64,000 bases of DNA from Sphingobacteriaceae bacterium. GTDB taxonomy: Bacteria; Bacteroidota; Bacteroidia; B-17B0; Aurantibacillaceae. Within the stretch, counting starts at the first letter, position 1. Every line of letters starts with the position of its first letter. The translations under genes and the position numbers were made by a program. Positions 40,628 through 50,672 of this stretch are shown piece after piece. The stretch spans positions 19,705 through 83,704 of the forward strand of contig JADJXI010000004.1 in the NCBI GenBank assembly GCA_016715905.1, read 5' to 3'. The notes under the pieces were generated by a model, which was not told the origin of the DNA, ran no database searches, and worked only from the letters and a program-made list of their open reading frames with translations.

Positions 40628-41280
40628 TGATCAGTGCTAAAAATATTCACAAATCGTATGATAAACTCGAAATATTAAAGGGGGTTGATCTTGAAATTAA
40701 AGCAGGAGAAGTTGTTTCCATTGTGGGCTCATCCGGAGCAGGTAAAACAACTTTGCTCACCATTTTAGGAACATTAGACAGGCCGGATAGTGGAGAGGTA
40801 ATTTTAGCCAATGAGCAGGTTTTCAATTTAAACGATAAAAAGCTCGCTGCCTTTAGAAATAAGAATGTTGGATTTGTTTTTCAGTTTCATCAATTATTAC
40901 CTGAGTTTACAGCCCTCGAAAATGTAATAATTCCTGCTTTGATAGGGAAGCGGAATAAAAAGGATGCTGAAGCTAAGGCCACGGAATTATTGACTTTTTT
41001 CAATTTAAACGACAGAATAAATCATAAACCTTCTGAATTGAGTGGGGGAGAACAACAAAGAGTTGCAGTGGCCAGAGCTTTAATTAATGAACCCAAAGTA
41101 ATTTTTGCCGATGAACCCAGTGGAAATTTGGATTCGGCCAATGCCAAAGAATTACATGATTTATTTTTTCAGTTACGTGATAAATTCAATCAAACTTTTG
41201 TGATTGTTACTCATAATAACGAATTAGCAAAAATGGCTGATCGTACTTTAGTGATGAAGGATGGCCGGATTATTTCTTGA
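40627..41280 (+). CDS. ABC transporter ATP-binding protein, LolD/MacB/FtsE-like
   Basis: [26 protein letters not shown] and [11 protein letters not shown]. The ATG at 40627 overlaps the TAA of the DASS gene (TAATG). No permease gene is adjacent. Confidence 0.9.
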   Translation: MISAKNIHKSYDKLEILKGVDLEIKAGEVVSIVGSSGAGKTTLLTILGTLDRPDSGEVILANEQVFNLNDKKLAAFRNKNVGFVFQFHQLLPEFTALENVIIPALIGKRNKKDAEAKATELLTFFNLNDRINHKPSELSGGEQQRVAVARALINEPKVIFADEPSGNLDSANAKELHDLFFQLRDKFNQTFVIVTHNNELAKMADRTLVMKDGRIIS

Positions 41281-41355
41281 TCAAATCCCTAAAAATTTAA
41301 GTACTTATTCACGCAATGAATTAAAGTGAGGGATTAATTTTTTTTTAGCATTAAA

Positions 41356-42591
41356 TCAACAACCCTTTTTAGAATTAACAAAATCAGGCCAGGCCAAATT
41401 ATTGTTATTCTTCTCCTTTTTAAGCTTATAAACTACTTCTGTTCTGCCTTCATCAGAAGTATTTATTTCTTCTTTTGACTTTTTGTTTTCTTTATAAAAA
41501 TAGAGTGCTCCGGCTATGATGGCAACGATAGCCAGACAAAAGAAGAATATTTTCCATGCGCTATAAGGTCTTTCTCCTTGTACTTCGCCGGTTCTGGCAT
41601 TTACCGTAAAGCGATACACTTTATTATTGTATTTATATGCGCTAATCCATAACGGTAATAAAATATGTTTGAACGTAATGTCGTTATAATTCGTATTGAT
41701 GGTATGAATTTGTTGTACATCTCCTCCAATATCACTTCTCACACTACTTTCAATAATTGGTTGCATTCTCACTTTAGCCTCATCAAAGCCAGCTTTTAAT
41801 TCGGTTTGATAGCTTTCGGTAACAAATCCGGCTAAAAATTTATCATCGTAAGCGATCAGTTCAGGCAAATCCCAGGGTTCTAACTCTTGTACTAATTTTT
41901 GAGGTAGTGAATGCGATGCGCAAACCAAAACATCATCAAAATTATTATTTACGTGTCCACTTGCAGGATACCAGTTAGTGCGTTGTACTTGACGGGTATG
42001 CGTTTTACCTTCGCTGTCTTTATATGTTTCGGTTACATAATAATGTTCTCCTCTTAACCCCGAATAATCACTTTCGGTAGCACTATCATAAGTCCAGTAT
42101 GGCATATATACTCCTCTTAGTTTTTCGGCACTATGTCTGGCGTAGTCTTTTAATTTATTGGGGGCAAACCATAATCCACCAACCCATCCTACAAATCCTT
42201 CTTTTGCCTTATTTCTTTCAACCTTAAACGGAAGTAAATATTTAGGTTTTATGATACTGCAGGTAGCGGCATCTTTTATTACTAATGGCGTATCACAATA
42301 TGGACAATTAGAGGAAGTAACGTTTGGGGGTAAAGTAGTGGAGCAACCACAACTGGTACATTTAACCGTGCTGATATTCTGCTTCTCACTTGTATTCATT
42401 TTTTCATTGATGAACGACTCGTAATCATTTTCAATTACTTCAGCTTTTTCGGTTGTAATAATATTATTGGCATTACAATATTCGCAGGTGAGTGAATTTT
42501 GACCGGGGGCAAATTTTAAATTGGCACCACAGTCCTTACACTTTATGGTGTCGGCGGTATTGGCTGTTGACTCAAAGGTTTCGTTGCTCAT
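41356..42591 (-). CDS. Hypothetical protein with a double zinc ribbon, an unknown ~250-aa domain and a C-terminal TM anchor
   Basis: CKDCGANLKF...CEYCNA and CTSCGCST...CPYCDTP form two CxxC-N-CxxC ribbons. The TM helix is IFFFCLAIVAIIAGALYFY, followed by a K/E-rich tail. Confidence 0.7.
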   Translation of the reverse strand: MSNETFESTANTADTIKCKDCGANLKFAPGQNSLTCEYCNANNIITTEKAEVIENDYESFINEKMNTSEKQNISTVKCTSCGCSTTLPPNVTSSNCPYCDTPLVIKDAATCSIIKPKYLLPFKVERNKAKEGFVGWVGGLWFAPNKLKDYARHSAEKLRGVYMPYWTYDSATESDYSGLRGEHYYVTETYKDSEGKTHTRQVQRTNWYPASGHVNNNFDDVLVCASHSLPQKLVQELEPWDLPELIAYDDKFLAGFVTESYQTELKAGFDEAKVRMQPIIESSVRSDIGGDVQQIHTINTNYNDITFKHILLPLWISAYKYNNKVYRFTVNARTGEVQGERPYSAWKIFFFCLAIVAIIAGALYFYKENKKSKEEINTSDEGRTEVVYKLKKEKNNNNLAWPDFVNSKKGC

Positions 42592-42688
42592 ATTGTATTT
42601 TTGACGAACTAAGATAATAAAACAAAAACAATAAACGATTAAGTTTATACCGTTTTGTATTATTATTAATTAAATGGAAGTCTAAATT

Positions 42689-43663
42689 TTAATTTTTAAC
42701 TGAGGCTATTGTGGATTTACCTGAGGGTTGTGTAGTATTGGAATAAAAAAGCAAAGTTTGTCCGTTCTTTGTTTCAGCCAATACTTCATAACATTTTCCG
42801 TTGTACGAGCAATGTAATATGGTGATAGGAATTTTTAATACTGAATTCGTTTTGTTTAGTGTAATTTTATCGGGTCGTAAAAAGACATTCTTTTTTAGCG
42901 TACGAGCACCTTCTTTTTCAAAATCTGATTTTTTTAATATATTATACTCACCTAATAAGCCGGCCAATTTTACATTTTTGGGATTATAATATACCTCCCA
43001 TTTTTCGTTAATCTCAATGAGTTTGCCTCCATCTACAATTCCTATTCTGTCTGCATATTTCAAAGCCTCATCGGTTTGATGGGTAATTAAAATTACCGAG
43101 GTGTTTTTCTTTTTAACTTCCTTATTAATAAAGGCGTAAAGTTTTTCACTTAATAAACGATCTAAATTACTAAAGGGTTCATCCAGTAAAAGTAAATCCG
43201 GAATTATTGTTAATGCGCGTGCTATAGCAACCCGTTGTTTCTGTCCGCTAGATAAAAAACGTGCTTTGGTATTACGCAGTGCATTTAACTCTAATAAGTT
43301 TAATATTTGGGTAACTCTTTTTTGTTTGGCCTCATCGGTATAGCCTATTAATTTATCGGTTATGTTTTCCTGTACGGTATGATTATCTAATACATAATAT
43401 TCCTGACTTACTAAACTCATGTTTTTATGTCCGGGAATTAAATTGTAGGAAGGGCCGGTTACTGTTTCTCCGTTTAGGTTTATTTCACCGTTATGTAAAT
43501 CTTCCAAACCATAAATGCATTTGATTAAAGTGGTTTTACCACTACCGCTTTTTCCAATTAAGCCCAATACTTCTCCTTCATTAAGGTCTAAAGAAATATT
43601 TTTAATTCCTTTAAAATAATTTTGTTCGGGATAATTGAAGGATATGTTTTTTACCTGTAGGAT
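42689..43663 (-). CDS. ABC transporter ATP-binding protein with a TOBE-like C-terminal domain; start codon unresolved (ATC?)
   Basis: GKSGSGKTTL, LSSGQKQRVAIARAL and LLLDEPFSNLD. My translation upstream of the track start gives TILQVKNISFNYPEQNYFKGIKNISLDLNEGEVLG, the expected ABC N-terminal strands. The only in-frame ATG/GTG/TTG is the TTG at 43567. Confidence 0.75.
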   Translation of the reverse strand: MLQVKNISFNYPEQNYFKGIKNISLDLNEGEVLGLIGKSGSGKTTLIKCIYGLEDLHNGEINLNGETVTGPSYNLIPGHKNMSLVSQEYYVLDNHTVQENITDKLIGYTDEAKQKRVTQILNLLELNALRNTKARFLSSGQKQRVAIARALTIIPDLLLLDEPFSNLDRLLSEKLYAFINKEVKKKNTSVILITHQTDEALKYADRIGIVDGGKLIEINEKWEVYYNPKNVKLAGLLGEYNILKKSDFEKEGARTLKKNVFLRPDKITLNKTNSVLKIPITILHCSYNGKCYEVLAETKNGQTLLFYSNTTQPSGKSTIASVKN

Positions 43664-43666
43664 GGT

Positions 43667-44506
43667 TTAGCGCTGTAAGGTAAAATTGGTTTTGAGTTTG
43701 TAAGTACGGCCATCAAAACCTGTGGCTTCTAAAACACAAAAATAAACACCGGTTTGACACGGCTCACCACTACTTGTTCGACCGTCCCAATATCCTTTTG
43801 GTTTATCCCAGTGATATATTAAAGTACCGTATCTACTGTATATCCAAGCATTCATGGTGAGTATTCCACGGGCTATTGGTCTGAAAACATCATTTACACT
43901 ATCGTTATTAGGCGTAAATACATTGGGTAATGTTATGCCTGACGAATCTGCAATTCTGAATGCGTAAGAAGAGGTATCGTTACAGCCATTTAATCCAGAA
44001 GCGATCAAAGAAACCGTATAATTTCCGCTGGCGGTATAATCTTTAACCGTGTTTGTCATGAAGTCAGAAGGTCCGTCACTATAAACCCACTCTACTCCGG
44101 TGTTATTGCTGGAATAATTGGTTAAAATAAGTTGATTTGGAAAACCAACTGTATTTAAGCTTGCGTTGAAAGAGGCCGTTGCATTTTGTGAAACTAATAA
44201 AGTTTGGCTGGTTGATGATGAACTAAAGCTGTTACTTACCTGTAAACTTAAAGTGAAAGCAGTTCCTTTGTTAAATACTATGGTTGGATTTTGCGTATCT
44301 CCACCGGTAACTATACTTGCCTGCGATGAAGGTAAAACCGTCCAACTAAATGTTGTAGGTGTGTTTGAAGTGATGCAAGAGAAGGTGTAGCTTTTACCGC
44401 TGCAATAGGTAAGTGTAGGAATACCAATAGTTGCTGTAGGTACCTGTGCGTAGAATGAATTTAACGCAAAAAATAAAAATAAGCCACTAAATATATGCTT
44501 AATCAT
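43667..44506 (-). CDS. T9SS type-B (CHU_C) C-terminal-domain secreted protein with PKD/Ig-like modules
   Basis: Signal peptide MIKHIFSGLFLFFALNSFYAQ. The C-terminus is LPNVFTPNNDSVNDVFRPI...IYSRYGTLIYHW...WDGRTSSGEPCQTGVYFCVL. Confidence 0.85.
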   Translation of the reverse strand: MIKHIFSGLFLFFALNSFYAQVPTATIGIPTLTYCSGKSYTFSCITSNTPTTFSWTVLPSSQASIVTGGDTQNPTIVFNKGTAFTLSLQVSNSFSSSSTSQTLLVSQNATASFNASLNTVGFPNQLILTNYSSNNTGVEWVYSDGPSDFMTNTVKDYTASGNYTVSLIASGLNGCNDTSSYAFRIADSSGITLPNVFTPNNDSVNDVFRPIARGILTMNAWIYSRYGTLIYHWDKPKGYWDGRTSSGEPCQTGVYFCVLEATGFDGRTYKLKTNFTLQR

Positions 44507-44509
44507 ACC

Positions 44510-45532
44510 CTATAAAGATACTAAAAAATCCCATGTGTTTATGCCATCGGCAAAGTCAGTAATAACAGGGCTTTGTGAATAACCAAAGGGTATATAATCC
44601 TTACTTATTACGCATTGCGTTTCATTAATATGCTGTTTTAAATATTTAGTTACATCATCTTTTGTTTGGTAGTATTCGTAATATAAGCAGGCGACGGGTG
44701 AGTGCAATTCTTTAGATTCTTTCACCAGAAGGAAGTTGTTATCTAAAAATTTCATATTCTCTAGAAGATAAATAGCCCTTTGATATTCATAGTTATTCGC
44801 ATATTTATTATTCGAAATTACATCTCCATAGTCAACAATAGCCTCAAAAAAAGCATTGAAATTGTAATTTTCGGGCACCAAAAGCTTATTCACATTTCTG
44901 CATCCCAAACCAAAATAGGTAAATATGTCCTTGCCTAAATGAAAAAGTTCTTCTTTACTTTCCGAGCCATTTAAAACGGCGAGAGAACTTCTGTTCTTTC
45001 GGATAATTCTGGGATATTTTTTAAAATAATTCTCAAAATGAGCGGCTGTATTATTGCTTCCGGTGGCAATAATAGCGTCGAATTCACTTATTCTTTGATT
45101 AGCAATTCTGATTTTTTGATCTAATTCGGGATTATATTGAACCAATAATTTTAATAAGAAAGGAAGGATTATTGAATCATCGGTCGAAAATTTAAGCAAA
45201 ATTTTATGGCCGCTTAATAAAACACAGAGTATATCATGAAAAGCAACACAAGGAATATTGCCGGCGCAAATTACAGCTACGGTTTTAGGATTTTTGACTT
45301 CCGAATTTTTTGTAAATGCGTTGAGGTTTTCTTCATTAAGCATGGATGCTATATTCATTAAAGATTCTTTAACATAATTCTGAGTAAACCAAGGATTATA
45401 CAAACAAGCTTGTTTGATTATGGTTTCAAATCCCTGATGCAGAATAGCTTCGTTGTGCTTTGTTTCAGAATAAAATTGGTTTATAAACAATCCTGTTTTA
45501 GAAAAGGCCTCTATTCTTTGTTTTAAACTCAT
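44510..45532 (-). CDS. Acyl-CoA reductase (LuxC-like) family protein
   Basis: The size and the region [35 protein letters not shown] match my recollection of Bacteroidota LuxC-family proteins, which are typically paired with a ferredoxin gene. The assignment is from memory only. Confidence 0.5.
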   Translation of the reverse strand: MSLKQRIEAFSKTGLFINQFYSETKHNEAILHQGFETIIKQACLYNPWFTQNYVKESLMNIASMLNEENLNAFTKNSEVKNPKTVAVICAGNIPCVAFHDILCVLLSGHKILLKFSTDDSIILPFLLKLLVQYNPELDQKIRIANQRISEFDAIIATGSNNTAAHFENYFKKYPRIIRKNRSSLAVLNGSESKEELFHLGKDIFTYFGLGCRNVNKLLVPENYNFNAFFEAIVDYGDVISNNKYANNYEYQRAIYLLENMKFLDNNFLLVKESKELHSPVACLYYEYYQTKDDVTKYLKQHINETQCVISKDYIPFGYSQSPVITDFADGINTWDFLVSL

Positions 45533-45585
45533 ATAATTTGATTGTATATTTGTATTCTCTAAAAATTAAGGCAAAACTAAGTAAA

Positions 45586-45936
45586 ATGGCTATAATAATT
45601 ACAGACGAGTGTATTAATTGCGGAGCATGTGAACCAGAATGTCCGAATAATGCAATTTATGAAGGTGGGGCAGAATGGCGCTTTGCTGATGGTACAGGAG
45701 TTACAGGGAAATATAAAGGATTAAGTTCAGGCAATGAAGCAGAGGCTGATGAAGCACAAACTCCTGTCAATATGGATGTGTATTACATTGTAACAGATAA
45801 ATGTACCGAGTGTAAAGGTTTTCATGACGAACCACAATGTGCGGCTGTATGTCCGGTAGATTGTTGTATTCCGGATCAAAATTTTGTGGAAACGGAAGAA
45901 CAGTTGTTAGCCAAAAAAACTTCTTTGCACGTTTAA
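45586..45936 (+). CDS. 2[4Fe-4S] ferredoxin with a long insert
   Basis: [12 protein letters not shown] (CX2CX2CX3CP) and [18 protein letters not shown] (CX2CX8CX3CP). I use the ATG at 45586 rather than the longer ORF-track start. Confidence 0.9.
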   Translation: MAIIITDECINCGACEPECPNNAIYEGGAEWRFADGTGVTGKYKGLSSGNEAEADEAQTPVNMDVYYIVTDKCTECKGFHDEPQCAAVCPVDCCIPDQNFVETEEQLLAKKTSLHV

Positions 45937-45962
45937 TTTCCGCACCAAAAATATCTATTTGA

Positions 45963-47699
45963 TTATTTAGCTTCTGCTTTAGATTGGTTATTCTCTCTGA
46001 TTTTATTTAATTCGTCAGTTACCAATTTGCGCTTGGCTTTAATTTCTTCCAATTTTGTTTTTTCCTCAGCTATTTTATTTTCAAATTCAGCCATCAATGG
46101 ATTTCCTTTAGAATGTTTAAAAAAGCCAAGATTGTTTTCGTAAGTCAGTAAGTTGCTGTTTATTTCGTCTGCCAATTTTTTCAAATAATCAGCTTCTTTT
46201 CTTAAAGCATCAAATGCATTACCTGAATTCGAAAGCCTTTCTAATTTATTATTAAACTGAATTTCACCTTTTTCTTTTTTATCAATTTTCAGTTTATCGT
46301 ATAACTCATCTAGTTTTTTGAAAAACTGTTCGGTTATTCGTTTTTTCTCTTTAATAGGAACGTGGCCGATTGCATTCCATTTTGCTGAAAATGCTTTAAC
46401 AATTTCTTGATCTCCGGCTGAATCTTGGCCGGGAACAAAGGCCGATATTTCTGAAATTAATTCCTCTTTTAATTTTAGGTTTTCTGATTCTTCGGCGTCT
46501 TTCTGAGCATTTCCGGCTTTTTTCGCTTCAAAAAAGGTGTTACAGGCTGTACGGAATCTTTTGTATAATTTGGGTTCTTCTTTATCTCCGTTGCTGGGAT
46601 GCTTTTTCCAATCTTCCTGTAATTTAAAAAATGCTTGAGAGGTTTTTTGCCAATCTGTACTGTGCTGAATTTCTTCTGCCTTTGCAATCAATTCATTTTT
46701 TATTTTTCTGGCTTCAGCAAATTTTTCGTTGAGTCCGGCAAAAAAGCTTTTCTTTTTTTCAAAGAAGGAATCACAAAGTGCACGAAATTCTGCCCAAACT
46801 TTTTCGTTATCTTTTTCATTGGTTCTTCCTACATTTTTCCATTCGCCCTGCAAGGCAAGTATGGCTTCGGTAGCACTATTCCATTTTCCGGGACCCGAAT
46901 TTTCAATCGTTTCAAGTACTGCTTTAATCTTTTCGATTAATTCCAGTTTCTCTTTCAGATTTTCTTCTTTCTTTTCTTCAGCAGTATGATAAAATGATTT
47001 TACTTTACTATATACTTCGTCAAGGGCAGTCTTGTATTCTCCTTTTAATGTATCCCATTTATCGTTAGGTACAGGGCCAAGTTCATCCCATTCGTTTCTG
47101 TAAATTTTGATTAATCGCTCAGTTTCCTTAATATTTTCCGTGTCTTTTAAGGCCTTGAGTTTTTCAATTAAAATAGATTTATTTTCAAAATTCTTTTTAA
47201 GGTCGTGTTCTTGTAAGTCGCGATAAATTTTTAAGTTGTAATAAAATTCTTCAATGGCTTTGCTATATTCTGCTTGTACCTCTTTGTACTTATGTGATGA
47301 AACAGCACCGCATTCTTTCCATTCTGTTTGAAGTTCTTGTAATTTTTTAATTGCCGCTCCTACATTATCACTCAATTGGCTTAAATCATTTATTTTGGCA
47401 ATAATTTCTTTTCGGATATTTAAATTGCGAGTTTGTTCATTGGCTAATTTCGCGTCGCTTTCTTTTTTGAGTGTATTGTATTTTTCAATTAAATTTTCAA
47501 ACACCAAATCTTCATTTTGCTTAGGATAATTGAATTCTTTCGCTTTTCCGCCTTCGTCTACGAAAACCTGACGGGCTTCTTCAAATTCTTTGGTCCATAA
47601 CTTCTGATACTCTTTTTGAAGAGCGTGTACCTGATGAGCTACTTCACCTGCATCCTTAGCGAGCAGTTCTTCTAGTTGATTGATTAAGTCGGTTTTCAT
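45963..47699 (-). CDS. DUF349 repeat protein
   Basis: At least five ~70-aa helical repeats, each with W(K/D/N)..G.V......(W/Y)..F......F(F/Y). Examples are WKECGAVSSHKYKEVQAEYSKAIEEFY and WKNVGRTNEKDNEKVWAEFRALCDSFF. Confidence 0.75.
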   Translation of the reverse strand: MKTDLINQLEELLAKDAGEVAHQVHALQKEYQKLWTKEFEEARQVFVDEGGKAKEFNYPKQNEDLVFENLIEKYNTLKKESDAKLANEQTRNLNIRKEIIAKINDLSQLSDNVGAAIKKLQELQTEWKECGAVSSHKYKEVQAEYSKAIEEFYYNLKIYRDLQEHDLKKNFENKSILIEKLKALKDTENIKETERLIKIYRNEWDELGPVPNDKWDTLKGEYKTALDEVYSKVKSFYHTAEEKKEENLKEKLELIEKIKAVLETIENSGPGKWNSATEAILALQGEWKNVGRTNEKDNEKVWAEFRALCDSFFEKKKSFFAGLNEKFAEARKIKNELIAKAEEIQHSTDWQKTSQAFFKLQEDWKKHPSNGDKEEPKLYKRFRTACNTFFEAKKAGNAQKDAEESENLKLKEELISEISAFVPGQDSAGDQEIVKAFSAKWNAIGHVPIKEKKRITEQFFKKLDELYDKLKIDKKEKGEIQFNNKLERLSNSGNAFDALRKEADYLKKLADEINSNLLTYENNLGFFKHSKGNPLMAEFENKIAEEKTKLEEIKAKRKLVTDELNKIRENNQSKAEAK

Positions 47700-47798
47700 T
47701 CCTATTGGTCTAGTAGATTCAAAAATAAGTTTTTCCTTCGGTTTTACAAATGATTGAAGCCTTGTTTATAATTAAAAAAGTTTGTAATTTGTAAATTC

Positions 47799-50672
47799 TT
47801 AAAATGCACTTTTAACTTCTTTCAGGCAGATTTGATTATAACCGCAATAAATGCAGGTGTCTGAATTTAAGGTTTGTTTAAAATCTCCATTTGTTTCAAG
47901 TAATTCTGATATGAATTTAGAAAGCGCGAACTCAAATTCTAGTATTAATTTTTCACTGAAGATTAGTTCTTCTTTTTCTTTGGTTCTTATTAGATGAGGT
48001 TGCAAGGTATAATCCTTAAAGGCGATGATGCCGGGTTGAAGGGATCCGGCAGATGCATAGCTGTTCTTATACAAAAGCCATGCGTACATAAATAATTGCA
48101 ATTGTTTGTTATATTCTATTTTATCAAATAGATCTTCAAAACCGGTAAAGACAAATTTGTCGCTTTGTTTCACTGAATTTTTATAGTCAATAATTCTAAC
48201 CTGGGTATTTACACTATCAATTCTGTCTATTTTACCTCTTATAAATACCTCTTTTTCTCCACCCTCAATATTAACCATTAATGAGGCATTGAATTCTTTT
48301 TCTAAATCCTTTATTACAAATGAAACTCCATTTTTCTCACAAGTTGTACTTAAGCTCAAATCGGTTTTGATTTGCTTTTCCAGATAGGCTTTTATTACTG
48401 CAGCTTGAATTAAATTTTTACCCTTAATTTCGTCTAAATCAAAAAAGCTCAAAAAAGCTTCTTGCACCATTTTTTCAATTCTATTTTCATGGGTATGTAA
48501 GCTTTGACTTTGAAGATGTTTCCCGATAAATGGAGTATAGTATTTTTCCAGACAAAGATGAAGAATGGATCCGAAGGTATTGCTTTCAGCACTTTCTTCT
48601 ACATTTTCGGTTTCTTTAAGCAGGGCACCATATCGAAAATAAAATTTTAAGGCACATTCCTTGTAAGTATTAATTGAAGAGGGAGATAATCCGGTGTAGT
48701 CGGAATTGGTTGTTGCTTTATGTAAAATTGGCTGCAGGGAAATTTGATTCTTAGGATAAGCGATTTGATTATTCGCCTCTCTCATTTTTAATTCCGACTC
48801 AGCATTGTATTCGTTAATTTCAATATTGGCAGAGTAATTTGGAAGTTCTATTTGTAATTGAGAAACAAATCTGCTTTTTTCGCCTTTACCAAAAGTATCG
48901 GTTTCGCAATCATAGGTTATGCTTACTTCTTTTGCTCTTTGTAATAATCGGTAAAAATGATAGGAATAAATGGCATCTTTTTCGGTATAAAGTGGCAAGT
49001 TAAAAGCTCTTTTTAAATCATTCGGAATAAAAGAATTAACCGACTTGCCTGATGGTAAAACAGATTCATTAACATTTACAAAAATGACGTGTTCAAAATC
49101 AAGCGTACGGGTTTCTAATAAGCCCATAATTTGTAAACCTTTTAAGGGTTCGCCAATAAACGGCGCACTTAAACTGCCTGTGATTTGACTAAATAATTGT
49201 TTAAAAGCGTGGATATTTTTAAAATATGGATATTTAGAAAGCGCATCGCCTATACGATTAAAAGAACGTTTGTAAAGCGATAAATATTCTTTTTCTAGTT
49301 TTATTTCATTTTTTTGTTCTGATTTATTAAAATGATTAATTAAATCATTTATTAGTTGTTGTAAGGCATCGTTAAATGCCAGGTTATTATTAGCTTCAGT
49401 AAATAAGGCTTGTATAATTGCATAAGATTCACCAAAAAATTCAATCAGGTGTTTTTTATGAATAAAGGCAATATTTTTTTTGTGTATTGCTTCTGTGATT
49501 GCAGAAATTGAAATATTTATATTATTGAATTGAAGCCAATTTTGAAACAAGGGTTGTTTGATGATGGAAATAAATTCGGTGTAATAAATGTATTTGTTTT
49601 TATTTTCTTGTTTATCAAAACTTACTTGCAATTGAATGCATGATTCCAATAATGCAGATGTGGCGGTATACCTCAATGGGTATTCCATGGTAATGTTAAC
49701 ATGTTCAACCTCGTTTGGTAGTTGTCTTAGTACCGGCCAAAGCAATTTTTCATTAGCTAAAACGATAGCAATAGAGTCGAGTGGTGTTTTTTGTTGAATG
49801 TACTCTTCTAATATTTGTTTTACCGCCATAGCTTGTCCCATTTGTTTGGGCACCGACAGAATATTTATTTTTTTGGACTCGAGAAAATGTTCTTTAATGA
49901 AACTTGGATTTTTTTGCGGAAACAATTCAAGATTTTTTCTTAAAAAGTGACCTGCCTCATGATCAACATTTTTCAGGTAATAAGGATCGCCATCCCATAA
50001 CAATTCGGCTTTTTGTTTTTTAACTAAATGCGAAATGATTTTTAATTCGGAAGTATTTAAAGCATTAAATCCACAAAATAAATATTTAGAAAAGATAGAG
50101 TCAAACTGTGAAGTGCTTAATTTTTCGGTAGCAACACGGTAGGCTAATCCCTGATAGGCCAATTTTTCTGCAAGAAGTTTTGTTGTAAAATCGCTGTATA
50201 TGAAACTTAAACTATGCATAAATGCCAGATATTTTTTCTGAAATTCAGTCAATTCCTCATTATTCAAACTCCAATTTTCTATTTCCTTAATTTCGGCAAG
50301 GTTTTCATACACTTGTTTGGGGTTGGCCAGGTGTCGATCTATTTCGTTAAAATCCTGTAAAATTAAGCCGCCCCATTTGGCAAAACTTTCAAAAGGTTCT
50401 GCTGCGGTTTTATGTAAAGTTTGGTAGCTATCGTAGAGCATACATAATTGATCCACTTCATCGGCTGTTTGCAATCCACTGATTTCTCTCACTAGGTCTT
50501 CGGCACTAATAATGGTAGGCAACCAAATAGTTTCCTTAAAAACTTGAGCCAGGTATTTTTTGAGAAATAAGGCTCCTCTTTTACCGGGGAGTACCACGCA
50601 TAGATTTTCCGTGTTATCTTTGTGGTGCTCAAAAATATGTAAAGCTACTTGCTTTAGAAAGGGTAAACTCAT
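47799..50672 (-). CDS. AddB-like PD-(D/E)XK nuclease family protein with a C-terminal Fe-S cysteine cluster
   Basis: 957 aa. The C-terminal nuclease region has YKECALKFYF, RIIDYKNS (D-x-K) and CIYCGYNQIC, the 1+3 Cys pattern of AddB-type iron-staple nucleases. There is no Walker A motif in the N-terminal half. Confidence 0.7.
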   Translation of the reverse strand: MSLPFLKQVALHIFEHHKDNTENLCVVLPGKRGALFLKKYLAQVFKETIWLPTIISAEDLVREISGLQTADEVDQLCMLYDSYQTLHKTAAEPFESFAKWGGLILQDFNEIDRHLANPKQVYENLAEIKEIENWSLNNEELTEFQKKYLAFMHSLSFIYSDFTTKLLAEKLAYQGLAYRVATEKLSTSQFDSIFSKYLFCGFNALNTSELKIISHLVKKQKAELLWDGDPYYLKNVDHEAGHFLRKNLELFPQKNPSFIKEHFLESKKINILSVPKQMGQAMAVKQILEEYIQQKTPLDSIAIVLANEKLLWPVLRQLPNEVEHVNITMEYPLRYTATSALLESCIQLQVSFDKQENKNKYIYYTEFISIIKQPLFQNWLQFNNINISISAITEAIHKKNIAFIHKKHLIEFFGESYAIIQALFTEANNNLAFNDALQQLINDLINHFNKSEQKNEIKLEKEYLSLYKRSFNRIGDALSKYPYFKNIHAFKQLFSQITGSLSAPFIGEPLKGLQIMGLLETRTLDFEHVIFVNVNESVLPSGKSVNSFIPNDLKRAFNLPLYTEKDAIYSYHFYRLLQRAKEVSITYDCETDTFGKGEKSRFVSQLQIELPNYSANIEINEYNAESELKMREANNQIAYPKNQISLQPILHKATTNSDYTGLSPSSINTYKECALKFYFRYGALLKETENVEESAESNTFGSILHLCLEKYYTPFIGKHLQSQSLHTHENRIEKMVQEAFLSFFDLDEIKGKNLIQAAVIKAYLEKQIKTDLSLSTTCEKNGVSFVIKDLEKEFNASLMVNIEGGEKEVFIRGKIDRIDSVNTQVRIIDYKNSVKQSDKFVFTGFEDLFDKIEYNKQLQLFMYAWLLYKNSYASAGSLQPGIIAFKDYTLQPHLIRTKEKEELIFSEKLILEFEFALSKFISELLETNGDFKQTLNSDTCIYCGYNQICLKEVKSAF

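Noticed and set aside
43561-44506. The CHU_C protein and the ABC ATPase are in the same frame, separated by a single TAA, which raises stop-codon readthrough producing a fusion.
   Set aside because: A fusion of a Sec/T9SS-exported protein, whose CTD must be C-terminal, with a cytoplasmic NBD makes no biological sense. A non-canonical start or reinitiation is the simpler reading.
46475-46989. Three overlapping alternative-frame ORFs (46475-46687, 46635-46940, 46729-46989) inside the DUF349 gene.
   Set aside because: The DUF349 gene is K/E-rich and repetitive, which suppresses stop codons in other frames. The alternative translations are F/S/L-rich nonsense.
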